Below, piece after piece: positions 1 through 11,200 of a DNA stretch of 64,000 bases. A program made the position numbers and the translations under genes. Each line of letters begins with the position of its first letter. Position 1 is the first letter of the stretch. Below the pieces are notes generated by a model, which had not been told where the DNA came from, did no database searches, and was given only the letters and a program-made list of their open reading frames with translations. Source of the stretch: Verrucomicrobiota bacterium (lineage in GTDB: Bacteria > Verrucomicrobiota > Verrucomicrobiia > Opitutales > Cerasicoccaceae); the NCBI GenBank assembly GCA_039818205.1, contig JBCBUK010000017.1:1-64000 (forward strand), in the 5' to 3' direction.

Positions 1-165
1 TTTGGCGATGGTGGGTCAACGGAGGCGATTTTCCTGAAACAACCGATACTATTCGTCAATGGCTTGAAGCGTATCATTGATTTCTCAGAGTCGGGATTAA
101 CGAAACCGGATTTGATAGGGTCGAGTGACGCTAGTCGTGACGCAAATGCTTCGGATTTAATCTAA
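1..165 (+). CDS. 3' end of a phage gene (partial)
   Basis: Frame 1 is open from base 1 (FGDGGSTEAIFLKQP...DLI) to TAA at 163-165, 11 bp before the next ATG. Confidence 0.55.
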   Translation, partial: FGDGGSTEAIFLKQPILFVNGLKRIIDFSESGLTKPDLIGSSDASRDANASDLI

Positions 166-176
166 GATCTTGAACT

Positions 177-989
177 ATGAATACACCAATTAGAATCGAA
201 GACGCTAGAGCATGGAACGTTGTTATATGCATGGGGCAAAGCCTCATGAACGGGCCTTCTAGCCAATCCTTTGCCAATGTCGATCGCGGCAATGATCACC
301 GATTGATTGAGCTAACGAACGGCAAACAGAATGGCGTGTATACCTTCGCTGAACGGATGAACTCGACCGGGTTTCCGGACGATTACAATTTTGGTCTTAA
401 CGTTAGTGCTGGTCGTCAACTCGCGAAACTTGGTGTTTCCAATCTTGTGACGCTCAAGCATGCAGTCGGAGGGCATTCAATAACAGCCTTTATTCCCGAG
501 GCAGATAGGTTAGAGCCGATACCTGGCGGTCAGTTTGACCAGAGCGTAAGAGCGGTAGAAGGCTTTGAGGATGCGTTCAAGCGTCTAGGTCAATTTGGTG
601 CTACAATCAATCTCCTGGGCTTCGTTTGGTTTCAGGGGTCGAGTGATCGAAGTGATGCCAACCTCTACAACAATTATGAGGCACATCTCAATAGCTTGCT
701 AAGCCATTACCGAACAAACGTTTCGCTCGCTGACGCAAACACTCCGTGGTTGATTGGACGAAGTCCGAATTGGCAAGCGCCCAATGTTCCAGCAACCGGG
801 CTGCAGGCTGTTCGAGATGCGCAAGAGGCCGTTGGCGCAGCTGACGCGAATGCCGTCACCGTTTCGATCGATGATCCGCTAGGAGTAGCCATAACATATT
901 CCGACGGAACTCACCCGGAACCGGCGTCATCGGAGCGCATCGGTATCGTTCTAGGAAACGCCTTTCATTCAAACTTTGTTGTATCATGA
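177..989 (+). CDS. SGNH/sialate O-acetylesterase (SASA)-like protein, phage-encoded
   Basis: Motifs GQSLMNG (catalytic Ser block), AVGG, WFQGSSD and DGTHP (DxxH). Confidence 0.8.
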   Translation: MNTPIRIEDARAWNVVICMGQSLMNGPSSQSFANVDRGNDHRLIELTNGKQNGVYTFAERMNSTGFPDDYNFGLNVSAGRQLAKLGVSNLVTLKHAVGGHSITAFIPEADRLEPIPGGQFDQSVRAVEGFEDAFKRLGQFGATINLLGFVWFQGSSDRSDANLYNNYEAHLNSLLSHYRTNVSLADANTPWLIGRSPNWQAPNVPATGLQAVRDAQEAVGAADANAVTVSIDDPLGVAITYSDGTHPEPASSERIGIVLGNAFHSNFVVS

Positions 990-1699
990 CACCTACAGAA
1001 ATAGCCGATTTCGTATGCCAGAAGCTGGAACTTATGGATCCAGCGAACGCGGATCAATCTGAACCGGTGAGTCAGAGTCGAGCTATCTCGATGGCGAAAA
1101 GTCGGTTTAAGATGATTTGGAAGCGGTTCACCTGGCAGGATTCGCTTATTCTCGTCACTCAGGAAGTTACCGCCGCAAGCGGAGACAGTGTTTCGGCCAC
1201 GGCGGGCACGGTTGAAATTGATGATACCGCGCTAGATATCGTAATATCGGTTGCCTGGGATGACATGATGCTTCAAAGCGAACTTCGTAGCAATGTTCTC
1301 CGCCTTGATCCCAATCTGTTAAAGCGAGTAGGCACGCCTATTCTCTTTAGTCCGATGCCGAGAAACACGGATACGAATAAAGCAGTCATTCGCTTATCTG
1401 AGTTTCCCAGCCAAACCAAAACGCTGACAGTTCTCGGAAAGCGGCTTGCGCCTGAACTGGGCGATACTGAGGAGCCGCCGCCGTTGCCTGGTCTGGATGA
1501 AGCCTTGTTGGCCTACGTTGAAGGGGACATGCTCGAGCGGCTGAATCAGCGGCAAGACGCGCAAGTGAAGTATCAGGAGGCAAACAGTCACCTTGTATCA
1601 ATGCACGAGCAGGAGACACAGCAAAGCGGAGTTCGCCCGCGGTTAATACCCGGGGATAGTATGGGCGATCCGAGTGGAGATATTTACTTTCAGGATTAA
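986..1699 (+). CDS. Probable phage head-tail adaptor / tail tubular protein A
   Basis: 237 aa, directly before the nozzle-like gene. The helical C-terminus P...DEALLAYVEGDML...AQVKYQEA resembles podovirus adaptors. ATGA overlap with the upstream gene. Confidence 0.6.
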   Translation: MTPTEIADFVCQKLELMDPANADQSEPVSQSRAISMAKSRFKMIWKRFTWQDSLILVTQEVTAASGDSVSATAGTVEIDDTALDIVISVAWDDMMLQSELRSNVLRLDPNLLKRVGTPILFSPMPRNTDTNKAVIRLSEFPSQTKTLTVLGKRLAPELGDTEEPPPLPGLDEALLAYVEGDMLERLNQRQDAQVKYQEANSHLVSMHEQETQQSGVRPRLIPGDSMGDPSGDIYFQD

Positions 1700-1701
1700 T
1701 T

Positions 1702-3261
1702 ATGGCGACTCGTTACCCAGGATCCGGAAATAAGCCCATTCTTACCGCTGGGCAAATGCTGTTCAGTGGCATGAACAGCACGCTGAAAGCCTCGCGAATT
1801 GGTGACGACGAATGCGCTTTGATGCAGAACATGGAGCGCACGTTTACCGGCACCTTGCGAACTCGTGACGGTGCGCGGCAGTTGAGTGTCCCGGGCGATC
1901 GTCACATTCAAGGGATGGGCTATTATGACGTTTTTGGACAGGAGAGCGTTTTTGGGGTGCGCAACGGCGTTGTTTATCGGACCGATTACGACAGCGTCTA
2001 TGAAAATTTCTATCCGTTTGGAACGGTCGCGGGAGCGCCGACGATGGATACAGATAGCAGGGTAGAGTTTCGGCAGTTGATTGCCGCGCTCTATGCGATC
2101 GATGGGACGAATCTTTACAAGTATGACGGCACGAACTGGAGCACCGTTGTCGGTGCGCCTGCAGGCGTGCAAGTTATTCATACCGACGATAGCCGCGTTT
2201 TTCTGGCAAAAACTGACAGTGAGCCCGATGCAATTTGGGTTTCTGATACAGGAGACGGTGAGACTTACACCACGCCACAGAACAAAACCCGCATTGGCGG
2301 AGGGGATGGTGACGAGATCATGGCGATGGCCCCGGGCGAAGGATTCGTTGTTGTTGTGCTTAAGCGCAATTCGATCTATCTGGTAAATACGGATCCGATT
2401 GTAGATGTGGCAAACTGGCAGCGTCAGCGCATAAGTTTCGGCGTTGGTTTGGTCGCCGCCCGGGCTTGGTGTAAGGCAGGCGATGATATCTATTTCTTGG
2501 CCGAAGATGGCGTGCGAACAGTCGGGCGAGTTGCTGGACAAGAGCGTAGTGGCGTCAACTTACCGCTATCGATTCAGGTTCAAGGAATCATCGAGAAAAT
2601 CAACAAGGCTCAGCGTCACAAAGTGAGCATGTGCTACACACAGAACCGTGTTCTCATTGCGGTCCCACTAGAAAACAGTGAAGAACCGAACTATGTTCTC
2701 GTATTCAATACATTGACTCAACGATGGGCAGGCTATTGGACTGCAAACCCGAATGGCTCCGAAACTACCTGGCGGCCTCGCTGCTGGATTAATACCTATA
2801 TCGGCGGAGTTGAACGGGTCCTCTATGGTCAAGCTTCCGGCGATGTCTGGCATTTTCTTGATGGGCGCAACATCCATCAAGACGGCTCTGACTGGATCCA
2901 TTGGCAATGCCTCTCGAAAGCTTTTAATTTCGCTCAGGAACTTAACCAGAAGCAGGGGGCATTCGTTGAATTCGAGTTCAGAAACAGCATGGGTGCAGTA
3001 ACCATCTACGCGGTTCTGGACGGTGACTTGACGAACAAGCGTCAAATCTACTCAGGAACGACAAGCGACGGGGTTGCCGCGCTGGGTCAAAGTCTACCGC
3101 TCAAACTGGGCGGAAGTAGCCGCCGGATCAAGTGCCCATTGGGGCACGTCGGGCGTTTTCGGGAAATTCAATTTTTAATCGAAGGTTCCGGCACTGCCGA
3201 TTTCGTTAACCTACGCGAGATCGCTGCCGGTGCCTGGATGGGAGCACTAAACCTAACTTAG
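1702..3261 (+). CDS. Probable phage tail nozzle / stabilisation protein (beta-propeller, P22 gp10/T7 gp12-like role)
   Basis: N-terminal FSGMN...MQNME...GTLRTRDG, beta-rich repeats, IYFLAEDGVR, VLVFNTLTQRW; gene position. Confidence 0.7.
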   Translation: MATRYPGSGNKPILTAGQMLFSGMNSTLKASRIGDDECALMQNMERTFTGTLRTRDGARQLSVPGDRHIQGMGYYDVFGQESVFGVRNGVVYRTDYDSVYENFYPFGTVAGAPTMDTDSRVEFRQLIAALYAIDGTNLYKYDGTNWSTVVGAPAGVQVIHTDDSRVFLAKTDSEPDAIWVSDTGDGETYTTPQNKTRIGGGDGDEIMAMAPGEGFVVVVLKRNSIYLVNTDPIVDVANWQRQRISFGVGLVAARAWCKAGDDIYFLAEDGVRTVGRVAGQERSGVNLPLSIQVQGIIEKINKAQRHKVSMCYTQNRVLIAVPLENSEEPNYVLVFNTLTQRWAGYWTANPNGSETTWRPRCWINTYIGGVERVLYGQASGDVWHFLDGRNIHQDGSDWIHWQCLSKAFNFAQELNQKQGAFVEFEFRNSMGAVTIYAVLDGDLTNKRQIYSGTTSDGVAALGQSLPLKLGGSSRRIKCPLGHVGRFREIQFLIEGSGTADFVNLREIAAGAWMGALNLT

Positions 3262-3272
3262 AAGGTAGAACT

Positions 3273-4526
3273 ATGGCATTCCGCAACTCATACGAAGAAG
3301 GCCTTAACGCAGCGTTGGCGCTGCTCGATGATCAGTTTTTAACCGAACGGGCTTCGATGCTCGGCACCCGGGAAGAAATCGGCACGGCCAAACGTTGGCG
3401 TGATACAAGCCCGGTCGTCCGTGAAATGCTGCGCGAACAGTATCCCGACTTAACCGACAATGAGCTTGGAATGGCAATCTGGCGCGGAGAAATCAACGCA
3501 CCGCGGGATATTGTAGACTTTGAAGGCAATAGTCAGATCGACTACCAACGTGAGATTGTTCCGGAGTTAATGAAACTTCGCGAAGAATTTGGCGTGCCTA
3601 TGGTTGAGCTAAGCCGGGCGGAGCTTGAAGCATCAGATCCGGAGGCATTCGCATTGCGAGAGAAGCTTGGCGAAGATCTTCTTGGAGACGGCACAGGGTT
3701 CCAGCGCTACGATGAGGCAGGCGAGTTTGATACTCAGCTGATTCGGGAGGATCTTGAGCGAATGATAGCCGAACAGCTATCACGCGGCGGTGAGCTCGAT
3801 CCGGAAGTTCGTCGAGAGATCGAGCAGAGCGTGCGCAATCGTCAAGCCATGAATGGCCCGGGCGCGATGTTGGGCGATGCAGCAACCTTCCAGGAAGCAA
3901 TGCAAATCGGCCAGCAGGCAGAAGCGCGGCGGGACAAGAGACTCGCCCAGGCACTGTCTTTCTTGCAAGGCGGTCAAACGACGCAGGACAACGCTTGGAG
4001 GCAGATCGACCAAGGAAACTTGCTAAGACAACAGGATGTTTCGAACCAAAATGCGTTTGTATTTGGTATGCCGCTCAATGCTCAATTCGGAAATCTATCC
4101 GGCGCGCAAACCGGTGCAAATCCAACGCCATTTCTAAAAAGTCAGGCAGACACTTCCGGCGCTTCATCAATGGCCGTTAACTACGACATGAACGCCTTTA
4201 ACCAAGCTCAGGAAAACTATCGTCAGCAGCAGCAAATCCAAGCGAACAAGCCGAATGAAGCTATGCAATGGGCGAGCCTGGGCATTGACGCTCTTGGGAG
4301 TGTCGTAGGAGGCGCGGCGGCCTTTTGTTGGGTAGCCCGGGCGGTCTATGGTCCGGACGATCCCCGCTGGTTGCAGTTCCGTCAGTGGATGCTTCACAAA
4401 GCGCCTGATTCGCTAAGAAATCTTTATTGTCGCCGAGGTCCAAGACTGGCTGAACGGGTCGAGCGAGATCCGGACCTACGCGCGTATCTTCGTTCAATCA
4501 TGGATCAATTGATCCTGAACTCTTAA
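3273..4526 (+). CDS. Probable internal virion (ejection) protein with a C-terminal CWVARAVYG (CFI-box-like) domain
   Basis: Helical Q/A-rich body, then a Gly/Ala hydrophobic segment, then CWVARAVYG...FRQW...LY...GPRLA. Follows the nozzle gene. Confidence 0.6.
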   Translation: MAFRNSYEEGLNAALALLDDQFLTERASMLGTREEIGTAKRWRDTSPVVREMLREQYPDLTDNELGMAIWRGEINAPRDIVDFEGNSQIDYQREIVPELMKLREEFGVPMVELSRAELEASDPEAFALREKLGEDLLGDGTGFQRYDEAGEFDTQLIREDLERMIAEQLSRGGELDPEVRREIEQSVRNRQAMNGPGAMLGDAATFQEAMQIGQQAEARRDKRLAQALSFLQGGQTTQDNAWRQIDQGNLLRQQDVSNQNAFVFGMPLNAQFGNLSGAQTGANPTPFLKSQADTSGASSMAVNYDMNAFNQAQENYRQQQQIQANKPNEAMQWASLGIDALGSVVGGAAAFCWVARAVYGPDDPRWLQFRQWMLHKAPDSLRNLYCRRGPRLAERVERDPDLRAYLRSIMDQLILNS

Positions 4527-4540
4527 CCCAAGACTGAATC

Positions 4541-5212
4541 ATGACACATGCGGATTTTGCAGCTTTGCGGGCAAGCATTTCGGGCGCTGGTGATCGCGTC
4601 ATTAGTGCTTTGAAATACCGGCAGGAACGGGAGCGAGAAAAACAAGACCGCGTTGCACAAGCACTGCTCGAAGAAAGGCTTCGCGGCGATACTGAACGCC
4701 GACATCAAGAAAAGATGGCTCACAGTGAAAAGTTGGCACGTTTACGCACCCCCGAGCTAAATCAGCAGGTTTTGGCGACCATACGTAAAAACCTTCCCAA
4801 TGACGGTGGGACCGCAACCTATAAAGTTCCAGTTTCTAACCTTGAAGAGCTGCTTCAACAAAGCGAACCGAAGCTGGATCCATTGGTTCAAGCGGAACAG
4901 GCAGGGTTGCAGCAAGAAGCTATGAAGCTCCAGGGCCATATTGCCGAAGGGAATGAGTATCCCGGCCTAGACTGGTGGGGCAAGATGAGAGGAAACGAAA
5001 GCAACCAAGACAAGCTTGCACTGATTCAACAACGCCTGAAGGAACTACAGCCTACAAGCCAGCCGCAAACTTCTGTGCCTCCTCAATCGATTGCGCCGAC
5101 GTCGGCAACAGAATCGATCCCTTTGATACAAACCCAAGAGGCGTTTGATGCATTGCCTAGCGGGGCCCGTTACCGAGAAGAAGCAAACGGCCAGATCTTC
5201 GAAAAACCATGA
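4541..5212 (+). CDS. Probable internal virion protein
   Basis: Charged coiled-coil protein between ejection-type genes; C-terminal EAFDALPSGARY motif; ATGA overlap with the next gene. Confidence 0.55.
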   Translation: MTHADFAALRASISGAGDRVISALKYRQEREREKQDRVAQALLEERLRGDTERRHQEKMAHSEKLARLRTPELNQQVLATIRKNLPNDGGTATYKVPVSNLEELLQQSEPKLDPLVQAEQAGLQQEAMKLQGHIAEGNEYPGLDWWGKMRGNESNQDKLALIQQRLKELQPTSQPQTSVPPQSIAPTSATESIPLIQTQEAFDALPSGARYREEANGQIFEKP

Positions 5213-8200
5213 GTAAGTTTGGCGGTATTCCAGTTGCCGAAAGCGCGCCCCCCAAGAGTAGGTTTGGGGGTGCTCCCGTATCGGAATCTCAGGAGCAAAC
5301 AGCGCCGATTAGCACCGAGAAGCTTGTCGAGGCGGTTGCGAAGCTTAAGAAACCATCACGGCCAGTTGTTACGGGTCAACGTGCCTTTGCGAAACCTGAA
5401 ACGGGGAACGTTGTCGGCGATGCGGTTCAGCTCGTTGCAAAAGGGGGAAGCACAACCGCTTGGGGAAGTGTGGCCGGCGCGAGTGATATGGGCTCTCACG
5501 CGGCTCGTTGGGCGGCGGATCCAGGACCGGACAATCGATCGATCGTCCGAAAAGAGAGCTCTGAGCGTCGACGCGAAGGCCTTGCAAGACAAGCATTGGG
5601 TATCCAAGACGGAATCAATGGGCCCTACATTGATACCTCGATGATATTGCCCGCGCCGATGAGGGCGGAAAAACTTGATGAGCTTGAGCGCGAAAGCCAG
5701 CTGATTAAGCTGATGGAACGAAAGGTGTTTGCTCGGGAACTTGAGCGCGAAAAGGCCCGTGCCAATAGCACGGCGGCCAATGTTTTCGACGAAATGCGCC
5801 AAGATGCGTTGGAACATCGTGACCAAGCAGAAAGCTATTACGGCAACCTGGTTGATCCCGCTTTTGCCAACAGCTTTACTGGCCAAGTTCTTGAAACGAT
5901 TGGGCAAATGGGTGTCTTTATCCCGGCGGGAATGAACCCAATCACTGGGGCCGGGGTCCTGGGCAGTGTCAGCTATCAAGAAGCGGTTGACGATTATTTC
6001 GATAGTCAGGGATTGGACCCCCTTACCGCGAATGATAAGCAGCGCGAAGAAGCTGCCAAAGCTGGTATAACCTATGCAGTTCCCGCGATGGTGCTAGAGC
6101 GCATCGGCTTGGGTCCAGTGTTCAATCGAATTTTCGGAAGCATTCCGCAGGGTAAACGCACGGCAGGCGCAATCTTGCAACGTTTGACTCGCGCGGGTGC
6201 AGAGGGTGCGGTTTCGGAAGGACTAACTGAGGGTGCCCAAACCGTGTGGCAAAATGTAGTCGCACAGCTTCAGGGTTATGACCCAGATCGCGAGATAACC
6301 GAAGGCGCTTGGGAAGCCATGCTTATTGGTGCGACGGTAGGCGGTGGAATGTCAACAACGGTCCAAGCGGTGCAGGAGGTTGATAATCAGGCCGCTCCCG
6401 AAGAAGCAGCGCCAGAAGAAACAGCCAAAGCCGAGCCAGAACCGAAGGCTGGCCCAGAGTTACCGAGCGATCGCGATGTTCAAGACCTGGTAACTCCACT
6501 TCTGAGCGATGAGCAGATGGCTCAAATTGAAAAGAAGCTCACCACTCGAGAACAGCCTGAGCCGGGCAAAGACGACGCAGCAAACACGGCTGCCAAAATT
6601 GTTGAAGAGACAGAGCAAGCCGATGCCGAGCCGTTGGCTGTTGACCAACGACTCAACGAGATTCGCGAAGAACAAGCCGATCTTGAACAGCTCCTAGAAG
6701 ACGAAAACCTTGACCCGTTGCGGCGCAAGATGCTGAACGGAAAATATCAGCGACTCAGCGAAGAACGTCGAAATTTGCGTGAAGGCGGCACCATACAGGA
6801 GCAACCGGCTAAGCAACCGATAACCGATCCAGGTCAGGTAGAGGAAGCACTAACCGGAAGCAATCCGCAACCGATCATTGATGCGCTGAAGCCGTCGGCT
6901 CGTAACTATGAGCTGCCCACGAATACCAGCAAACGCAAAACTAAAGCGGTGCTTGGTGACAATGTCCGAGTGCAGGCGAAGGGGCATAGCGTTGTGGTCG
7001 ATTTTGCGACTCCGCTAGATCGGGCGCTTTATGCGATAAGCACGGGGCGGGCGAGCAAGGCACGCACCGCAACGTTGGCAAAGCTCAAAAACGATACCGG
7101 GCTCACAGAAGCACAGTTGACCCGATTGGCTAATCGTGTCCGGCAGAATGTTCGAAAGATTGCCCAGGACGGGGGCGGCACGGCAGACAGTCTTTTTGTT
7201 AGTAATGAAGAGTTACAACAAGAGACCGCAGAGGCCGCCGAGCGAGTCCGCGAACGCGAGCGTCTAAAGGTGGAAGCCCAGCGTCGGCGCGAAGCATTTC
7301 TTGATGAGACCGCGCGAGAGCGTGAACAAGCGTCGAAAAACAGTCAGGAAATAGAACGGACACAAAAGGAAGCGACAAAAGCAGAGCGGGAGGAACTTCG
7401 CGAACTGGAGACTCAGGGGATCGGGCCGAGCGGATCGCTTGAATACGATCGTGCTCCAGAGGCGCGGCTTGAAGAATTGGCAGGTGAGGGGGACGAGAAA
7501 GCCCAGCAAGAGTTGGAGCGGCGCAGCGTGCTTCAAGACCAGGGGGATACGCTGTTGACTCACATGCGGAAAGAAAAAGCGAGATTACCACATCCGCAAC
7601 TTGCGCGCCAAAACGACAACCCGCTTGCTGGCGATCTCCAGGCGCTATGGGACGCAATGAACCCGGCGGACCGCAGGGCTTTCTTTACGGGTCCGGGTGC
7701 CACCTATCGAGATCCTGATTTGCAGCGCGGTGGGCTAAAGGAGCAAGGTTACTCACTCTTGGACACTGTCGACGATTTGATCACGGCCATGCGCGACGAG
7801 ATCAACGGCCAAGCGCCCATGTATCCCGATTGGCGTCCGGACGATTTTGCGATGAGTCGCAAAGAAGGCGGTGGTCGAATGACGGAGAAAGACGTGCGAC
7901 GTGCCCTACAGCCAACATTAGACGGCTGGAAGAATGCGCCAAACGTGAAGATAGTGCAAAGTGAGGCGGACCTGCCCGCGCGTATTCAAGATGGTATTCG
8001 GCGCTCGGAATCCGAAGGCGATATCGAAGGGGTGTTCTATCCCGCGAACGAAACCGTCTATCTGATCGCTGACAATCTTTCCGATGCAAATGATGCGCGT
8101 CGCGTGCTGTTTCACGAGACTGTGGCGCACTATGGCCTGCGCGATACGCTCGGTGAACAGTGGGCGGACCTGATGGAAGACATATACATTTCGATGCGCG

Positions 8201-11200
8201 ATACACCGCTCATGGAAAGTGTCATTTCTCGCTATCCCGAATTGGATGCTAGCACCCTGAAGGGGCGTATTGACCTTGGGGATGAGTTGGCGGCTCGTCT
8301 TGCGGAAGATCCTCGACTGCGCGAAGAAAACCGCACGGTATGGCAACGGATCGTTGACCTGATTCGCACTTGGTATCGTCAGCATTTAAAACGTGCTGAC
8401 TTGAAGGAAGAGGACGTCATTTCAATGCTGCGCGAGAGTCAAAGGCGGCTGGCAGGGCGTTCGCTAATCGATCTGCCGTTCAATCTTACCAGTGAATCCC
8501 AACCGGACGGTGAACGCGAACTAAAGGAGCGGCTTGAGCGCGAAGAAGCTCAGCGTATCCAAGACGACCGGCAAGGAACGCTGTTTTCGCGAAAAAGCGT
8601 AGAGAAGCTACTGAGCGAGGCCCGCGACCTACAAGAGCGCATGGACGGCCTTACGGCCCAAATCGAAAGGGATCTATCAGCGGGGCGGAAAATCAAGCCG
8701 GGGATAAAGGGACAACGTGCCGACTACAAAGCACAATGGTTCGACCTTATCTGGCAAATCGAGCAGCAGCGCCCAGGCACAACCATATTGTCTAGCGAGC
8801 CGTTTCGGTTCTCGAAGAAGCACGGTGCTCCGGAAGGCGAGGCGGCCACAGTGACCCGGCAAATGCAGGCGATCGAGAGTGCAACTTTGCAGGAATCCAG
8901 CAGCGCGAGCAGTCTGTTGAAGGGCTTTCGTCAGTGGCTTAGCGGCTTCAAAAGCGCCGTTCCCGAGATTCCTGTTCTGGGCGCAAAAGCGCGGCAGTTG
9001 GCAAAGTTTGTTGAAGGGCATCGGCAGATCGACGCGGCAAATGCTCGCGTGCGCAAAGAGGCGGAGCAAGATGTTGCTGATATTCTGGAGCCTATTGCGA
9101 AACTAGGGCGTGATCAGATTCACGCAGATTTACTTGAGCGGCGGCGCAAACTCGTTGAGGCCATGCAAAAGGCCAAAGAAGCCGGTAAGAGCACAACAAA
9201 ATTAGCCGCGCAGATTGACTCACTAGAGCCCAAGCTAAGAAAGAATCCATTCTACCTGTTTCAACAATCCGTGCTCTATCGGGACCTGTGGTATCGTAGT
9301 TTGCTTACCAATGAAAAAGGCGAACCGTTGCCGCTCCCCGGAGGTATAAGCCCCGAGGATGTTCGCCGGCGTGTCGCTGACTTAAGTGCTTGGGTTGCGG
9401 AGCACTCTGAAAGTGCCGCGATTGAGGAGGCACTTAAGCTTCACTATGCGCATGTGCAAAGTCTGCAAAAGGAAATCCTCGACCGCGGGCATTTGATTCC
9501 GGAAGAGGCAAGGAACCCGCTCTATTTTCCGCACCTCGTGCTCGAGCACTTTACGGGCTACATCAATCCGGTTACGGCCACGACTGGCAAAGACTTTCGC
9601 GGCTACCTGATCGAACCCGTTGGAACGTCAAAGCACATTGAGGCCAACTATCTGCGTGCTATGTATCATCATATCGCGACAGTAAAGGCACACAACGCCA
9701 AGCAGGATATCGTTGAAAAGTATTGGCAACCTTACGACCAATCACAGAAGGTGCAGGCGAAGCTAGAAGAAGAAACCGGCGGGCGCGTTCCTGAGAATGC
9801 CTGGCGAATCAGTCCCGAAGACTGGCCGGAGGGACACGATCTTTTTGTCATTGATGAGGAATTGCCAATGCGGATGGAATACATGATCGACCGTTCCGCG
9901 TTGGCAGAGCAGCTAGGAGTTGCCCTTGGAGATGGTGATTTGAAGCAACGTTTGAAAGAGGCTGGAATCGAAGCCGCAGAGCTTACACCCGCAATGATCA
10001 AAACTGCGCTGGCTGTAGGTGAAAAGAAGGCTTGGCTGATACCGACAGAAATGATTGATGCCCTGAAGGGGATCAAGCGCCGCGAAGAAAAAGCCCGCGC
10101 GAACGAGAGTCGGTTAGCCAGAGCAGTTCGAGCGCCCCTTAGCCTTTGGAAAAGGAACATACTTTTTGCGCCGTGGAACTACATTCGATACGAGTTCAAC
10201 AACACACTAACTGACCTGGAAAAACTATGGTCGATCGATCCAGCGTTGTTTAAGCAGCTTCCCGCCGCCGCGTCGGAGGTTCGTCAATTCTTCCAGACCA
10301 ATGAAGCGCCAAGTCCAGAATTGCAGAAGGCGTTTGAGCTTGGTGTTGTCGAGAGTGTTACAGCGCACGAGGTCGACGCACTAAAGGAGTTCGAACAGTT
10401 CACGGAGTTCCTGACCAAAGGAGAAATGCGAAAGAAGAAGCTTTCCGGGCTGTTGAATTGGTCCACCAAGATCAGTCGACTACGTGAAGCGACATTTCGA
10501 TACGCAAAGTTCAAACTCGATTTGGAGCGTATGCGAAACAACGCGATGCCGGTCTACGGGGGTGCCTATTGGAAGGATGTCGAGCAGCGTCGCAAAGACA
10601 TCGATGATGAACACGGGGCGGCTTACCTGGCACGGCGATTCTTTGGAGACTATGGTGATATTTCGGCGAGTGGACAATGGATGCGGCAGAACCTTATCCC
10701 GTTCTACTCATGGATGGAGATCAATTTGCGGTACCATTCGAACCTTCTGCGGAACCTAAAGGACATGATCGCGATGCGCGACTGGAAGGCGGCAGGGGAG
10801 ATGGGCAAACAAAATGCCCGACTGAGTGCTTTGACGGCGGGGGGAATCTTACTTCGCCTAGCGATTCCTTACGTCGCTGTGAACCTTTGGAACAGTTTCG
10901 GGGGCGCAATGATGGGACTTTGGGACGACGATGAGGACCTGGAAAGCCAGCTATCCGAGCAAGATCGTCGCCGCTTTCACTTGTTGCTGGGCAAAGATGA
11001 GAATGGCAAAGTCATGGTTGTCTACACGCCAACGGCATTCTCAGATGTGATCGAATGGTTTGGGGGAAATAATGCCGCCCGCTTGGGCAGTGAATATCTT
11101 CGTGGCGACATTTCGCTAGAACAAGCGGCGCAAGACTGGCGTCGGCAGTTGCCCGTTGACCTGGTAAATAAGTTTGCCCAGGGAACGCGGCCAGAAATCA

